Positions 38,475 to 48,819 of a stretch of 64,000 nucleotides of DNA are shown here, in pieces. Position 1 is the first letter of the stretch. Each line of letters begins with the position of its first letter. Made by a program: the position numbers and the translations under genes. Below the pieces are notes generated by a model. It was not told the DNA's origin. It made no database searches and was given only the letters and a program-made list of their open reading frames with translations. The DNA lies in the sequence record NC_042018.1, one strand, 5' to 3'.

Positions 38475-40460
38475 ATGATGAAAATTAATCTTCGAGAGTT
38501 TGCTAACCTACCAGAAGAAACTATTCTGCGTTGGCGAGGATTTCGTTTTGCCGCAGAGGTCACGGATGACTTCGGGGAAACCAAAAAGTCAGACACCTAT
38601 AACCTGATGCTCAGTTGGTATGGACTGATTGTGCATCGACAGTTTAATGAGGAGAAATATCACCTGGATGAAATCGTGGACTGTAAAGTCTATAACGAAG
38701 ATTCCTTGGCGGAACCGATTAACTGTTTCCTGAACCGTATCATGGTCACGATGTACGACCCGGTTCAGTCTGACCTGATTAAACGCCTCATTTATATCTG
38801 GCAGTGCAAGCTCAATAACTTCCTGGTGGCTACTACTGAAGGTCACGCTATCTCTGCGGATGCCGAGTGCGTATCGGAAGTGCAGCAAGACCCAGGCATC
38901 ATTGAGCTGCGCAATCGGGTACTGGCCGGTAAGATTTCCATTGACGATGGTGAGCAGGAGTTCATCACCTACATGGAAACATCACCGTCGCTGGATTACA
39001 ACACCTTTGCGCTGCTGGCACGTACTGGTGGTGTGCAGTACAACCAGGCGTATCAGACTATCATCTGTCGTGGTGCGGTGTTTGATTTGAACAACCAAAT
39101 CTTCCCGAACCCGATTTATGATTCGTACGCTACGGGTATCACCAACCTGGCAGACTCCCTGGCAGAAATTAAGGGTGCGGGTAAATCACTGATTACCAAC
39201 GGCAAGGCGCTGAAGGACTCAGAATGGTTCCACCGTAAAACGCACCTTTATATGTCTGTGCTGGAATCGATTGACCACTTCCACGACTGTGGTTCACCGT
39301 ACACAGTTCCACTGAAAGTCACCGGCAAAGACTTTGCTAAATCCCTGCAGGGGAAATACATGGTCACCGAAGACAGTCAGCTGGTATTGATTACGCGTGA
39401 CGTGTCGAAGAAGCTGGTGATTGGCGACACCGTGAACATCCGTTCACAGGCGTTCTGCTTGTCTCACAATCCAGCGGCTCCGTGTCGTGTCTGTTACGGT
39501 ATGATGAAAACCGTTGTGCCGTACAACACCATCATGAAGCGGGATGCCAACATCGGGATGTTCTCAGGGACCACGGTCTGTAACCCGATGGGTCAGAAAA
39601 TGCTGTCCACTAAACACTTCCTGCGTAACACCACCACACAACCGTTTGCCGTAATGCGTGCAGATGCTGACATCATCAATACCAACGGTGATGACATCTT
39701 CCTGAACAAAGACCTGTGTCGTGCAGGAACGGAACTGGTATTGCCGGTGGCTGTGGTGCGTGAACTGTCGGACCTGCGTTCTCTGGATACTTTGGAAAAC
39801 GTAAGCCAGGATAAACTGTCCTTCTTTAACGATGTGACGTTTAAGTACACCATGGAAGATCCAATGATTGGCGGGACCACCACCCATCAGCGTTCTGTAG
39901 TGACATCAGTGTCCTCTCGTTCTGCGAAGATGACCACTGACTTCCTGGAGTACGTACTGACCCGTGGTTGGAAAGTGCAGGACAAGAAGTTCATCTCGGT
40001 AGAGTTAGGCGGCTGGAACCATAAAGCTCCGCTGTTTGAACTGCCGTACATGCACGAAGACCTGGACGTTCACCGTCGGCGTATCGAATCGTTCTTGACG
40101 TTCTCAAACCGCAACATCACCTGGAAGAAGCAGGAGGTGACCCCGCGTCTGTTTGGTGACGTGCTGAGCGAATTCTGGCAGCTCATGGCGCAGAAGTTTA
40201 AGGGCAACAACATTATCCATTTAGAGACAATGCTGTATGCCACAACGGCTGCGGACCCGTTCAATGGATGTTATGCACTGGTCAACGGCCGGGGTACTAA
40301 GTACTTCACGTCGTTTGTCAATTGCATCAACAACCGTGGTGCAGGAACCATGTTAATATTCGAACGCCAGCAAACGTACTTGAACGACCCTAAATCGTTC
40401 TTGATCAAAGACCGCCAGGGTACCCCCCTGGAGTGTTTCTGGAACCTGGCTTGTAGTTAA
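38475..40460 (+). CDS. rpoC: non-virion RNA polymerase beta' C-terminal subunit (phiKZ gp74-like)
   Basis: ATG 38475. EIKGAGKS, DCGS, C...PCRVCYG Zn site, trigger-loop-like CNPMGQKMLSTKHF. Confidence 0.88.
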   Translation: MMKINLREFANLPEETILRWRGFRFAAEVTDDFGETKKSDTYNLMLSWYGLIVHRQFNEEKYHLDEIVDCKVYNEDSLAEPINCFLNRIMVTMYDPVQSDLIKRLIYIWQCKLNNFLVATTEGHAISADAECVSEVQQDPGIIELRNRVLAGKISIDDGEQEFITYMETSPSLDYNTFALLARTGGVQYNQAYQTIICRGAVFDLNNQIFPNPIYDSYATGITNLADSLAEIKGAGKSLITNGKALKDSEWFHRKTHLYMSVLESIDHFHDCGSPYTVPLKVTGKDFAKSLQGKYMVTEDSQLVLITRDVSKKLVIGDTVNIRSQAFCLSHNPAAPCRVCYGMMKTVVPYNTIMKRDANIGMFSGTTVCNPMGQKMLSTKHFLRNTTTQPFAVMRADADIINTNGDDIFLNKDLCRAGTELVLPVAVVRELSDLRSLDTLENVSQDKLSFFNDVTFKYTMEDPMIGGTTTHQRSVVTSVSSRSAKMTTDFLEYVLTRGWKVQDKKFISVELGGWNHKAPLFELPYMHEDLDVHRRRIESFLTFSNRNITWKKQEVTPRLFGDVLSEFWQLMAQKFKGNNIIHLETMLYATTAADPFNGCYALVNGRGTKYFTSFVNCINNRGAGTMLIFERQQTYLNDPKSFLIKDRQGTPLECFWNLACS

Positions 40461-40475
40461 GGACAGGAGTAGGGT

Positions 40476-42008
40476 ATGCGCCATACGGCCGTTATTAGCA
40501 CGGCGAATAACTATATCCGTGTTCATGGTTATCACCAGGAGTTCGTCGAGCGTGTGATAATGCCGTTTTGTCGTATGAACCTGTATAAGACGGGGAGGGT
40601 CCCAATACCTGGGACCCGTGAAACCAAATACGTGACCACTCATGTGTTTGCCCGGTTTAACTTCGACAAAACAGAATTTCGCATTTGCCGCGAACTGTTT
40701 GATAGCTTTATCGATTATGCTGATACTCATGGCTACCACAAGAAACGTATCAAGGTTATCTCCGAAGCCGAACTGAGTGGCGTTAACGTCTCGTTTCAGT
40801 TTCAGGACGGTTGGGGGTCACCGCGACCGCATCAGGTGGATTGGTTAGAGTATCAGATGGGTGAAGGTGCGCTCAAGATAAACAACATGACGCCCGGGGG
40901 CGGTAAAACGTTTTGTGCGTTATACCAGATGGTGAAGATGGGTGTTCGCACCCTGATTACCATTCAGCCACGGTATATTCCGGTGTGGATTAAAGCACTG
41001 GGGGATATTGTACAGCTGGGTCCCCGTGACGTTATCTTGTGTGAGGGTGACCTCTCGCAAATCGTCGAGAACATTGAGAACGGTACGATTAACCCCAAAG
41101 TGGTTATTCTGCCGATGACCCGTATTGAACAGCATCTGAAGAAAGAGAAAGAAGACGAGTCCTATCCCGATTTGGACAACATCTTCCGGCGCATGGGTTG
41201 TGGGTTCCGTATCCAGGACGAAGCACACGAAGCCATCCACCAAATCTACCTTTCCATGATGTACGGTAACTTTCCTAAAACCCTGGTGCTCTCGGGTACA
41301 TTGCAAGCCGATGACCCGTTCACCAACAAGATTTACCGCTGGCTGTTCCCGAAGAAGCATTACCTGAAGGCAACAGAACATAAGCAATACCTGGACATCG
41401 TTGCTTACCAGTATCAGATTGACATGCGCAAGTATCGCATTAATACCATGTCATTTGGGTCGTACAGTGATGTGACCTTTGAGAAGTCGATTATCCGTAA
41501 TGGCAAGTTGATGAAGTTTTACTTTGAGCTCGTGAAGAAAGCGTTTGACGAGTTCTACCTTCCTCGAAGGCGTGAGGGTGGCAAGTGTCTGCTCTTCTTT
41601 TCGAAGGTGGATATGTGCGAACGCATTTGTTCAATGCTTAAGCACTGCTACCCTGACATGGATATCATCACGTACACCGGTGAGAACAGTAAGAAGGAAC
41701 GCAAAGACGAGTACCGTAAGCATGAGGTGGTAATCTCTACCCCTGGTAGCTGCGGAACCGGTAAGGACATACCGGGACTCATCAACGTGTTCTGTTGGCA
41801 CACTGTGTCCTCTATGCAACGTAACGACCAGATACTGATGCGCCTTCGCGATATCAGCAACCTCTGGACGGACATCGACCCGTTGTTCCTTTACGGCGTT
41901 TGTCTCGATATACCGAAGCATAAGGAGTATCACCGTAAACGTTATTCTCTGTTTGAACCAAAAGCCAAGCGTCAACGGCTGATTAATTCCGACATGATTC
42001 TAATGTAA
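40476..42008 (+). CDS. SF2 DEAH-box helicase (phiKZ gp75-like)
   Basis: TPGGGKT (I), DEAH (II), SGT (III), GTGKDIPGL (V), QILMRLR (VI). Confidence 0.88.
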   Translation: MRHTAVISTANNYIRVHGYHQEFVERVIMPFCRMNLYKTGRVPIPGTRETKYVTTHVFARFNFDKTEFRICRELFDSFIDYADTHGYHKKRIKVISEAELSGVNVSFQFQDGWGSPRPHQVDWLEYQMGEGALKINNMTPGGGKTFCALYQMVKMGVRTLITIQPRYIPVWIKALGDIVQLGPRDVILCEGDLSQIVENIENGTINPKVVILPMTRIEQHLKKEKEDESYPDLDNIFRRMGCGFRIQDEAHEAIHQIYLSMMYGNFPKTLVLSGTLQADDPFTNKIYRWLFPKKHYLKATEHKQYLDIVAYQYQIDMRKYRINTMSFGSYSDVTFEKSIIRNGKLMKFYFELVKKAFDEFYLPRRREGGKCLLFFSKVDMCERICSMLKHCYPDMDIITYTGENSKKERKDEYRKHEVVISTPGSCGTGKDIPGLINVFCWHTVSSMQRNDQILMRLRDISNLWTDIDPLFLYGVCLDIPKHKEYHRKRYSLFEPKAKRQRLINSDMILM

Positions 42009-42102
42009 TTGAAGATTACCCTCTCTCCCTTCCCGGGGAGAGAGGGTATTTTCTTAGTGTCGTTCCCATATTACATGGTGTTAACGCGTCGAGAAGGTTG
42101 AA

Positions 42103-42537
42103 ATGAGCGACGAGAAAGATTTTGATAAAGAGAATGCGGACCAGCAATTTAGTATCGTGTTTCGCAACCAGCACGGCTATACCGAGGACATCTACGAACT
42201 GTTAAAGGGGAGCTTGACTGATGCTTTACTTGCTTATGAAACTGCTGAGACGTGTTCTTATGACAACCTCCAGTGGGACATCACCCAACAGATATACGAC
42301 CAACGAGGACGATTAAACGTCAGTCCTTTAAACGACAGCTACATGCGCATCCTAAAAGATGACCGCGAGTGGCGAGACGAAATGTATACCGGTACCCAGT
42401 TCCTGATTAACCATGTGTTGCAGGAGAACGAGGCCCGACTGTTAAGCATTTATCAATCGTACAACATTCGAGATGTGCAGGTCCCGGTAGTCACACAGAA
42501 TCGCATTTTGGTGTTGTTGTCAGGGTTAAAGAAATGA
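42103..42537 (+). CDS. hypothetical protein
   Basis: 144 aa, promoter-like CATATTAC at 42067. Confidence 0.55.
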   Translation: MSDEKDFDKENADQQFSIVFRNQHGYTEDIYELLKGSLTDALLAYETAETCSYDNLQWDITQQIYDQRGRLNVSPLNDSYMRILKDDREWRDEMYTGTQFLINHVLQENEARLLSIYQSYNIRDVQVPVVTQNRILVLLSGLKK

Positions 42538-42902
42538 CAACACAACGCTGGGGATCTCTGTTAGTACCGCTAGAAGGTTTAGTGGACTATGGCTACTATG
42601 AAATCATCTGCCACGCAGTATCAGACAGAATCGTCAGTGTGTTAACCGGGGTGGACTTTGTGGACCACCTTGGGGTTTACGCCATGAACTTCATCCAGGT
42701 GCCGGACCACTATGTGGAACACGGTAATGAAATGGAATTCTACGCTGAGGTAACGTCTGAACTCCGTACGCAGTTTAACTATAACGAATCCCTGCCAGGC
42801 TACCTGAATGCCATGAACATTCTCTCGTTTTACCTGGGACACGATTTCCATGTAGCGGATATGAATGAACGTGGCATCACGGTATTGGTGGAGGCACCTT
42901 AA
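42534..42902 (+). CDS. hypothetical protein
   Basis: 122 aa, ATGA coupling. Confidence 0.55.
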   Translation: MTTQRWGSLLVPLEGLVDYGYYEIICHAVSDRIVSVLTGVDFVDHLGVYAMNFIQVPDHYVEHGNEMEFYAEVTSELRTQFNYNESLPGYLNAMNILSFYLGHDFHVADMNERGITVLVEAP

Positions 42903-42903
42903 C

Positions 42904-43410
42904 ATGAAAAGCGGAACCATAACCTTAACCGACACCATCTTTGGGATGGATGAAATCAAAGCAGACGTGCAGCAGGACTTACTGGTGTTGATTATTGTGG
43001 AGGCCATCCGCAATATCCTCTGGCAACGTAAAGACCAGATGATGGTGGGTTACCACGAGGCGTTAACGTTACGTCCGCTTGAACAACAGGACAACACCGT
43101 TACCGCTGACGATGTTTATGTAATGTCGTTGAATCACCTCATGGACGTGATTGAGTTAAACGACCCGTTGTTTGACACCGAAGATGCCGACAGTGTGGCA
43201 GAAGTCAGTGCAGCATTGAGTGATAAGCTGTCGATGCTCATGGGGTCGATTGACCGATTCAATCATCACGAAGTCTTGCTCCCCTATCAGGAACTGCTGT
43301 TTAACTTCTATGAAGAGAACGAGTTCCCGAGTGTCTCCGGTACCTTTGTGGGAAACAAAGTTGTGCTCTGTTTCACTACACCGACTACGTTTGGTATGGC
43401 TACTATTTAA
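42904..43410 (+). CDS. hypothetical acidic protein
   Basis: ORF 42865..43410; ATG 42904 follows GGAGG. Confidence 0.55.
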   Translation: MKSGTITLTDTIFGMDEIKADVQQDLLVLIIVEAIRNILWQRKDQMMVGYHEALTLRPLEQQDNTVTADDVYVMSLNHLMDVIELNDPLFDTEDADSVAEVSAALSDKLSMLMGSIDRFNHHEVLLPYQELLFNFYEENEFPSVSGTFVGNKVVLCFTTPTTFGMATI

Positions 43411-43469
43411 CCTTTATGGTCTCTGCTCCGCAAGGGGCAGAGGTCAGATACCTATATTGAGGATAGAAA

Positions 43470-43931
43470 ATGACAACGCAGAAAACTACCCCTAAGGCAA
43501 AGGCTCCGGGGAAACTGGTATTGGCAACGATTGTGGCTGAGTGTGCTTATAAAGGACAACAGGCCGTTATGCAGGGTAAACACGAACTCGAAGAAAACGG
43601 GTTTGAATCCGCTAAGGTATCCCGCTGCTGTAACGGGCGTCGTCGTGAACACAAAGGCTGTGTGTTTGAATACATCTCAGAGAAAGAAGCACAGAACCAT
43701 GAGCGTGGTTTTTCACCGGAGACCCGAGCATTCCTCACCAACATCATTCATTTCATGACGCCAGTGATTACCGGTGTGAATGAAGAGACCGGTGAAGAGA
43801 TTGTGATGAACACTGCCTCTGATATGAAGGCCCGTGGTTTCGTGCCGGCTAAGGTACGTGCTATCATTAATAAGGATAAAACCTACAACGGCTGGAAGTT
43901 CACCCGCAAAGACCCTGGTACCTTGAAATAA
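43470..43931 (+). CDS. tandem NUMOD1-like DNA-binding protein with no nuclease domain
   Basis: Two repeats: ENGFESAKVSRCCNGRRREHKGCVFEY and ARGFVPAKVRAIINKDKTYNGWKFTR. Confidence 0.6.
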   Translation: MTTQKTTPKAKAPGKLVLATIVAECAYKGQQAVMQGKHELEENGFESAKVSRCCNGRRREHKGCVFEYISEKEAQNHERGFSPETRAFLTNIIHFMTPVITGVNEETGEEIVMNTASDMKARGFVPAKVRAIINKDKTYNGWKFTRKDPGTLK

Positions 43932-43981
43932 GGTATACCCTACTCCCCAACGGGAGTAGGGTAGTAACCTGGTTTTATTTT

Positions 43982-45286
43982 TTATTGTTGCAGTGCTGCT
44001 TTCAAATCCAACGTGGTGTTACTCAGACCTGCAACGTGTACCGCTTTCATACGGGACAACATCATGTTGGTTGGAACACGTACAACGTCTGCAGACACAC
44101 GGGTGGTATACATCCCCAGCCCGGTACCTAAACAGGTCTTACAGTAGTTGCCGTCTTTCTCAATACAGAACTGAGGTACGCGTATCTTCAATGGTCTACC
44201 CAGCAGGCTGTCGACGTTCTCTTTGGTAATGAGTTCGGCTTGACCTTTGCTGTTGATGTAGTACGACCCTGTCCACCATTTCTTATTGGACTTGGTCAAC
44301 ACCACTTCTTCCCCTACTGGAGATTGACAGTCAGGATTATCTGCACGCACACGCCCTACCAGACGCAGGGTTTCTTTTACCCTGGCTCCGCCTTCACCCG
44401 TTGCCTTACCACGGTTATAGGAACCTTCAATCGCGGTGTTGATGTAGTTCGCCATTTCACTGACGTCCCACCCTTCATCCAACGAGTTGGTCAAGGACAC
44501 AAAGCGACCGGTCTCAGCGTTGTACTCTGCACCAAAGGCAATGAACATACGCTTACGGCTGTTGTCGATAAACTTCTTCTCGATGTAGAAGGTGTTACTT
44601 GCCCCCTTCATCTGAATCTCGTAATCGAGCTTCACCACCTGGTCGATAATGCCCGTGAACACAACCGGGTCATCCAGCTTGTCTTTGTTTTCGGCAAAGA
44701 GCTTGTCACGCAACGCCAGTACTTCTTTCGGTACGGTTAATGCATCAATGCTGCTACAACGCACAAAGAACAGGCTGAGCCCTTCCAGGAAGTTACAGTG
44801 GGCAGAGAACTTGGTGACACAGATGTCAACCGGTGCTTTGCCTTCAGGAACCTCTTGTCCTTCTTCCGGGTTATCCACCATTAACTCACGCAGGGTATCG
44901 CACACGAAGTCTTTGGTGAATTCCCCGTTGTGATACGGTACCAGTTCCCCAAACACTTCCCACAACAGCACCACGTTAAACAGGAAGATACCAAACGTGG
45001 TTTCCGTGGCCTTTCCGCGTAAGCAAGGGTGGAAGTCACCCGGCAGGCTAATCGGTTCATCGATAAAGAACAGCGGTGCATCTTCGGTGTGTTCTATCTC
45101 AACCGGATGGGTACCTTCAAGATACCAATACTTCCCACCTTCTAAATACAACGCATAGGGAATCTTCTTAAACTCCCCAGCACTCTCGATGTCTTCTAAC
45201 TGAATAGAAATGATAGACTGCAAGAATGCCTTTTCGTTGTACGCCTTTTGTTCAAAGGTGTGCTTTAAGTAGTCAATCTTTTTCAT
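43982..45286 (-). CDS. rpoC: virion RNA polymerase beta' middle subunit (phiKZ gp80-like)
   Basis: SLDEGW, EGSYNRGKATGEGG (bridge helix), DCQS and PQFC...YCKTCLG Zn site. Confidence 0.85.
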   Translation of the reverse strand: MKKIDYLKHTFEQKAYNEKAFLQSIISIQLEDIESAGEFKKIPYALYLEGGKYWYLEGTHPVEIEHTEDAPLFFIDEPISLPGDFHPCLRGKATETTFGIFLFNVVLLWEVFGELVPYHNGEFTKDFVCDTLRELMVDNPEEGQEVPEGKAPVDICVTKFSAHCNFLEGLSLFFVRCSSIDALTVPKEVLALRDKLFAENKDKLDDPVVFTGIIDQVVKLDYEIQMKGASNTFYIEKKFIDNSRKRMFIAFGAEYNAETGRFVSLTNSLDEGWDVSEMANYINTAIEGSYNRGKATGEGGARVKETLRLVGRVRADNPDCQSPVGEEVVLTKSNKKWWTGSYYINSKGQAELITKENVDSLLGRPLKIRVPQFCIEKDGNYCKTCLGTGLGMYTTRVSADVVRVPTNMMLSRMKAVHVAGLSNTTLDLKAALQQ

Positions 45287-46191
45287 GACCCTTCACCGCC
45301 TCCCAGTTGCAGTTCGCTGAGGATTTTATCCAGCTTCATCCGCACAGTGATATCATCAATCACTTCGTCCAAGTACTTCGACGCAGCATCTTTGATTTGA
45401 CTGTCATTGAGCTCACTGATTAAGAAGAGACAGATGATGTTAATGCCATACGCCAGCGGGTCACCGTTATCTTCTTCCAGGTAACGCTGTAGATCGCACT
45501 TAAAGAAGTTCAGCAGGCTCTCTACGGCTCCGCCGAGTTGTCCCTGGTTGACGATGTGGTCCCACGTCAACGTGCCTTTAAACAGCGGCTTATTGGCGAT
45601 AACACGATCGATGATGTTTTGCGGTGGGTTCACTTCTTCATCGTTGGCTTTTAAACCATCCGACAGGGCCTTCAGCAAAACTTCACTAACGTCCTCTATG
45701 ATATAAGTAAAGGGTTCTATGTCGAAACCTTCACCGTTCAGCTTTTCCATTACCATCAGGAAACGCTCTTTGGAATCGATGTCTCTCGAATCCAGAATGT
45801 TGCTCAACCCCAGGGTATCTTCATAACCCGGTAGTGTGTACACCATGTCAACCAGACGGATGTACAACGGCAGGTGTTTGTTATCGACGTATTCTGGAGA
45901 AACGGTAAAACCCATCTTCACCAGAATCTCCATTATATTGTCGACTATGAGCGACCAGATAACTTGCTTTTTGGCTTGTGTCTCCAGTTGTTCATCAACA
46001 AACACCTCAGTGATTTGTGTGGGGAGTAAACTGTCCGGATACGTCAGCAAAATGTAGTTCAACCCACGGGTAAGAATTTCATAATGCAGCTCCGGAATAT
46101 ACTCTTTGAATTCCGACCACATATCACCGACGTAGTGAATGGGCAACGTCTCATCACTGTCGTCATATACTTCTTCTATTTCATTAATCAT
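45283..46191 (-). CDS. conserved hypothetical protein
   Basis: 302 aa acidic ORF coupled to the vRNAP subunit gene. Confidence 0.55.
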   Translation of the reverse strand: MINEIEEVYDDSDETLPIHYVGDMWSEFKEYIPELHYEILTRGLNYILLTYPDSLLPTQITEVFVDEQLETQAKKQVIWSLIVDNIMEILVKMGFTVSPEYVDNKHLPLYIRLVDMVYTLPGYEDTLGLSNILDSRDIDSKERFLMVMEKLNGEGFDIEPFTYIIEDVSEVLLKALSDGLKANDEEVNPPQNIIDRVIANKPLFKGTLTWDHIVNQGQLGGAVESLLNFFKCDLQRYLEEDNGDPLAYGINIICLFLISELNDSQIKDAASKYLDEVIDDITVRMKLDKILSELQLGGGEGS

Positions 46192-46230
46192 ACGAATACC
46201 TATACCTTTCGTAAAAAGGAGCTACATAGC

Positions 46231-46989
46231 ATGACCACTAAAAACAACTTCAAAAAGCAGCGTAAAGCCGTACAAAAGCGCAAAGCGCGTGAACAGGCAA
46301 ATGCTCAGGCGAACCACCGTGCACGCTCTCAGCCCAAGGGCAAGAAGAAGCACCCGAAGTACTCTGAAGAGTTCATCCACCGTTATATTCAGCAGCATGG
46401 GTTTGCTCGTGCCGTGGTTGATCTCAAGCTGGAGCCGGAGAACACCGAGTTCACTAACAAAGACATTGCGCAGATGATTGCGGAAAGCATCCCGCCGATC
46501 ACCCGTACGCACGCTGGCGTTGAAGTGCTTGCTCGTCTTGCGAAAGAAGGCGTGATTGAGCTGACCGAAGAAAACCACGCGCTGATCGTTGAATACGACA
46601 AAGTGGTCGTGAAGTTCAACGAAGACGTCGACGCCGTCATCATGCTGATGGAAGCGAAGAAAGAGCCGGAAGAGTTCATGGAGCTGGTCGCGCATCTCAC
46701 CGACATGCTGATGGACCTCATGACCACGTACCGTGAGCCGGTTATCGAGCTGATTGAATCGCACAGCGAGAAGGTCGAAGAGTACGTTAAAGAGCACCGT
46801 GCTGAAGACCAGAGCATGGACGACTACATGACCCTGCTGCACACCCAGCGCGCTGCAGAAATCTATCCTCTTTACCGTACCGGCCTGACTGTGACCGAAC
46901 ACGTCGACGCTGAGTTCGCTAAGTTTGACGAACAGCTTAATGAAGCCGCTGCATCCGAACAGCCGTCTGAAACTCAACCCACTGAATAA
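46231..46989 (+). CDS. hypothetical protein with K/R-rich N-terminus and acidic helical body
   Basis: ATG 46231 follows AAGGAG; optimised codons. Confidence 0.6.
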   Translation: MTTKNNFKKQRKAVQKRKAREQANAQANHRARSQPKGKKKHPKYSEEFIHRYIQQHGFARAVVDLKLEPENTEFTNKDIAQMIAESIPPITRTHAGVEVLARLAKEGVIELTEENHALIVEYDKVVVKFNEDVDAVIMLMEAKKEPEEFMELVAHLTDMLMDLMTTYREPVIELIESHSEKVEEYVKEHRAEDQSMDDYMTLLHTQRAAEIYPLYRTGLTVTEHVDAEFAKFDEQLNEAAASEQPSETQPTE

Positions 46990-46998
46990 CGGAACTTA

Positions 46999-48819
46999 TT
47001 GACCATGGAACAACAACCTGGATTCGATCCTGATCTGAACAAAGATCTCCTGACTGAAGAAGTTGCTCATGCCCCGCGTCCCAATATCGGGCAAGCAGCT
47101 TCTGTACAACCAACTCAGTCTCAGCCGGTTATCCCGCAACCTCAGCCTGTGGTTCAAGAAGCCGCTGCCGCTGTTCCGGTTAAAGAGCCCGTTGCGCCAG
47201 CGCGTGCTGACCAAATTCACACGGCTGAAAACACGCCGTTCAAAAACTTCATCCCGCTGTCCAGCATCTTTATTAAGAAGCTGACCGAGAAAGAGAAGGA
47301 GCAGGGTTATCTGACCGTGTTCCTGGGTAACCACAAAGACGTTATCGAAGCGAAGAACGAGCTGATTCAGAAATGGCTGGTCTTCCGTGCGTCTATCGGT
47401 ATGCTGGCTGACGGTGAAATCACCGAGCAGGAAGCGGAAAGCGCCCGTGCTAACTGGACAGAATATCTGCAGGCGAACCACCCAGGCGAAGACCAGGAAG
47501 AGATGGAGAAGTATTGTCTTGAGCTGTATCAGTTTATGGACACCATCCAGGACGGGATTAAAATCCGCAGTCGTCTGATGCAGGAAGACCGCGTTACTAA
47601 CCTCAGTGACCGTGGCAGTAACTTCATCACTGGCGACATCACCGGTAAACAGCCGAAGGCCGTACTGAAGAACACCGCGCTGTCTGAACAGATGCGTCGT
47701 TCTGCGCTGAACGCCAATCAGGACCTGTATGAGTTTGATATCCTGCTGCGTAACTCGTTTGCCGGTCTGTCTATCCGTCGTCCTAACCTGCTTTCCCTGG
47801 GCAGCCTGGTGCAAGCCATCAGCAATCAGGTAAAAGGCTACGTGCGTCAAATCAACAACCCGTCGGTTACCCTGGCCTACATTGCCGGTATTCGTTGTAT
47901 GTGGGACTACGTGTCTAAACTGATCCTTACCTGTTCAGTAAAAGACACCCGTGACTTCCGCGAGCTGGCTGACTCTATCCTGTTAACGGATGTGGACCAG
48001 CTGGCTGTGGGTCTGTTGAACTCCATCTACACCCGTGGCGTGCATCTCGAACTGCGCTGCATGAACCCGGGCTGTAACTGGTCTGATTTTGGCCTGGCTG
48101 ATCCGTCAAAGCTGTTGGACATTCGTAAGAAGTTCGAAACGCCGGAAGAAGCTGCGGTATTCGCCAACATCATCAACCGTCGCCAGAAGTATTCTCGCGA
48201 AGACATGGAGAAGCTGCAGAAGGCAACCAACTACGGTATTGAAGACACTCGTGTGTTCGGTACTGATGGTCGCCATTACTTCCGTATCTCTCCGCCGACG
48301 TTGACTCAGGCATTCGAAACCCTGGAGTTCTTCACGGAAACCATCAACCCGCGTATTCAGGAACTGCGTGCCAACACGTTGGACCCGAAAGAGTTCGAAA
48401 ACGAACTCACTGCGCTGTTGACCTCTATCTCCTCTGCGGAATACCTGCACTGGATTTCAGAGTACGTGGTACTGCCGGAGCCGGGTAGTGATGCTGAACC
48501 AACTGTGTACGCACGTCCTAAGCACGACACGGCTGAGTTTAACCGTGGCCTGATGGCTATCCTGGAGGATGACCCTGAGCTGGGTAATGCCCTGGTGAAA
48601 TTTGTGTACAACAAATCACCGTTCCTGTCTCGCGTCTTCACTGGGGTTGACCACCACGAGTGCCCGGCCTGTAAAGCACGTTCTGATGAACACGACGGTC
48701 GTCAGTTAGGCTTCACTCCGATCAACGCCTTCATGAGTTTTTTTACCCTTACCCAGTTGAAGCTCATGGTGAGAACGGTCCAGGCCGACATAACAAACCG
48801 CGAAGCCCTCTCGGATTAA
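46999..48819 (+). CDS. CxxC-containing protein, putative tail-assembly chaperone / baseplate-hub assembly factor (0-frame product)
   Basis: 606 aa, CMNPGC and CPAC pairs, slippery T-TTT-TTT near the 3' end. Confidence 0.5.
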   Translation: MTMEQQPGFDPDLNKDLLTEEVAHAPRPNIGQAASVQPTQSQPVIPQPQPVVQEAAAAVPVKEPVAPARADQIHTAENTPFKNFIPLSSIFIKKLTEKEKEQGYLTVFLGNHKDVIEAKNELIQKWLVFRASIGMLADGEITEQEAESARANWTEYLQANHPGEDQEEMEKYCLELYQFMDTIQDGIKIRSRLMQEDRVTNLSDRGSNFITGDITGKQPKAVLKNTALSEQMRRSALNANQDLYEFDILLRNSFAGLSIRRPNLLSLGSLVQAISNQVKGYVRQINNPSVTLAYIAGIRCMWDYVSKLILTCSVKDTRDFRELADSILLTDVDQLAVGLLNSIYTRGVHLELRCMNPGCNWSDFGLADPSKLLDIRKKFETPEEAAVFANIINRRQKYSREDMEKLQKATNYGIEDTRVFGTDGRHYFRISPPTLTQAFETLEFFTETINPRIQELRANTLDPKEFENELTALLTSISSAEYLHWISEYVVLPEPGSDAEPTVYARPKHDTAEFNRGLMAILEDDPELGNALVKFVYNKSPFLSRVFTGVDHHECPACKARSDEHDGRQLGFTPINAFMSFFTLTQLKLMVRTVQADITNREALSD

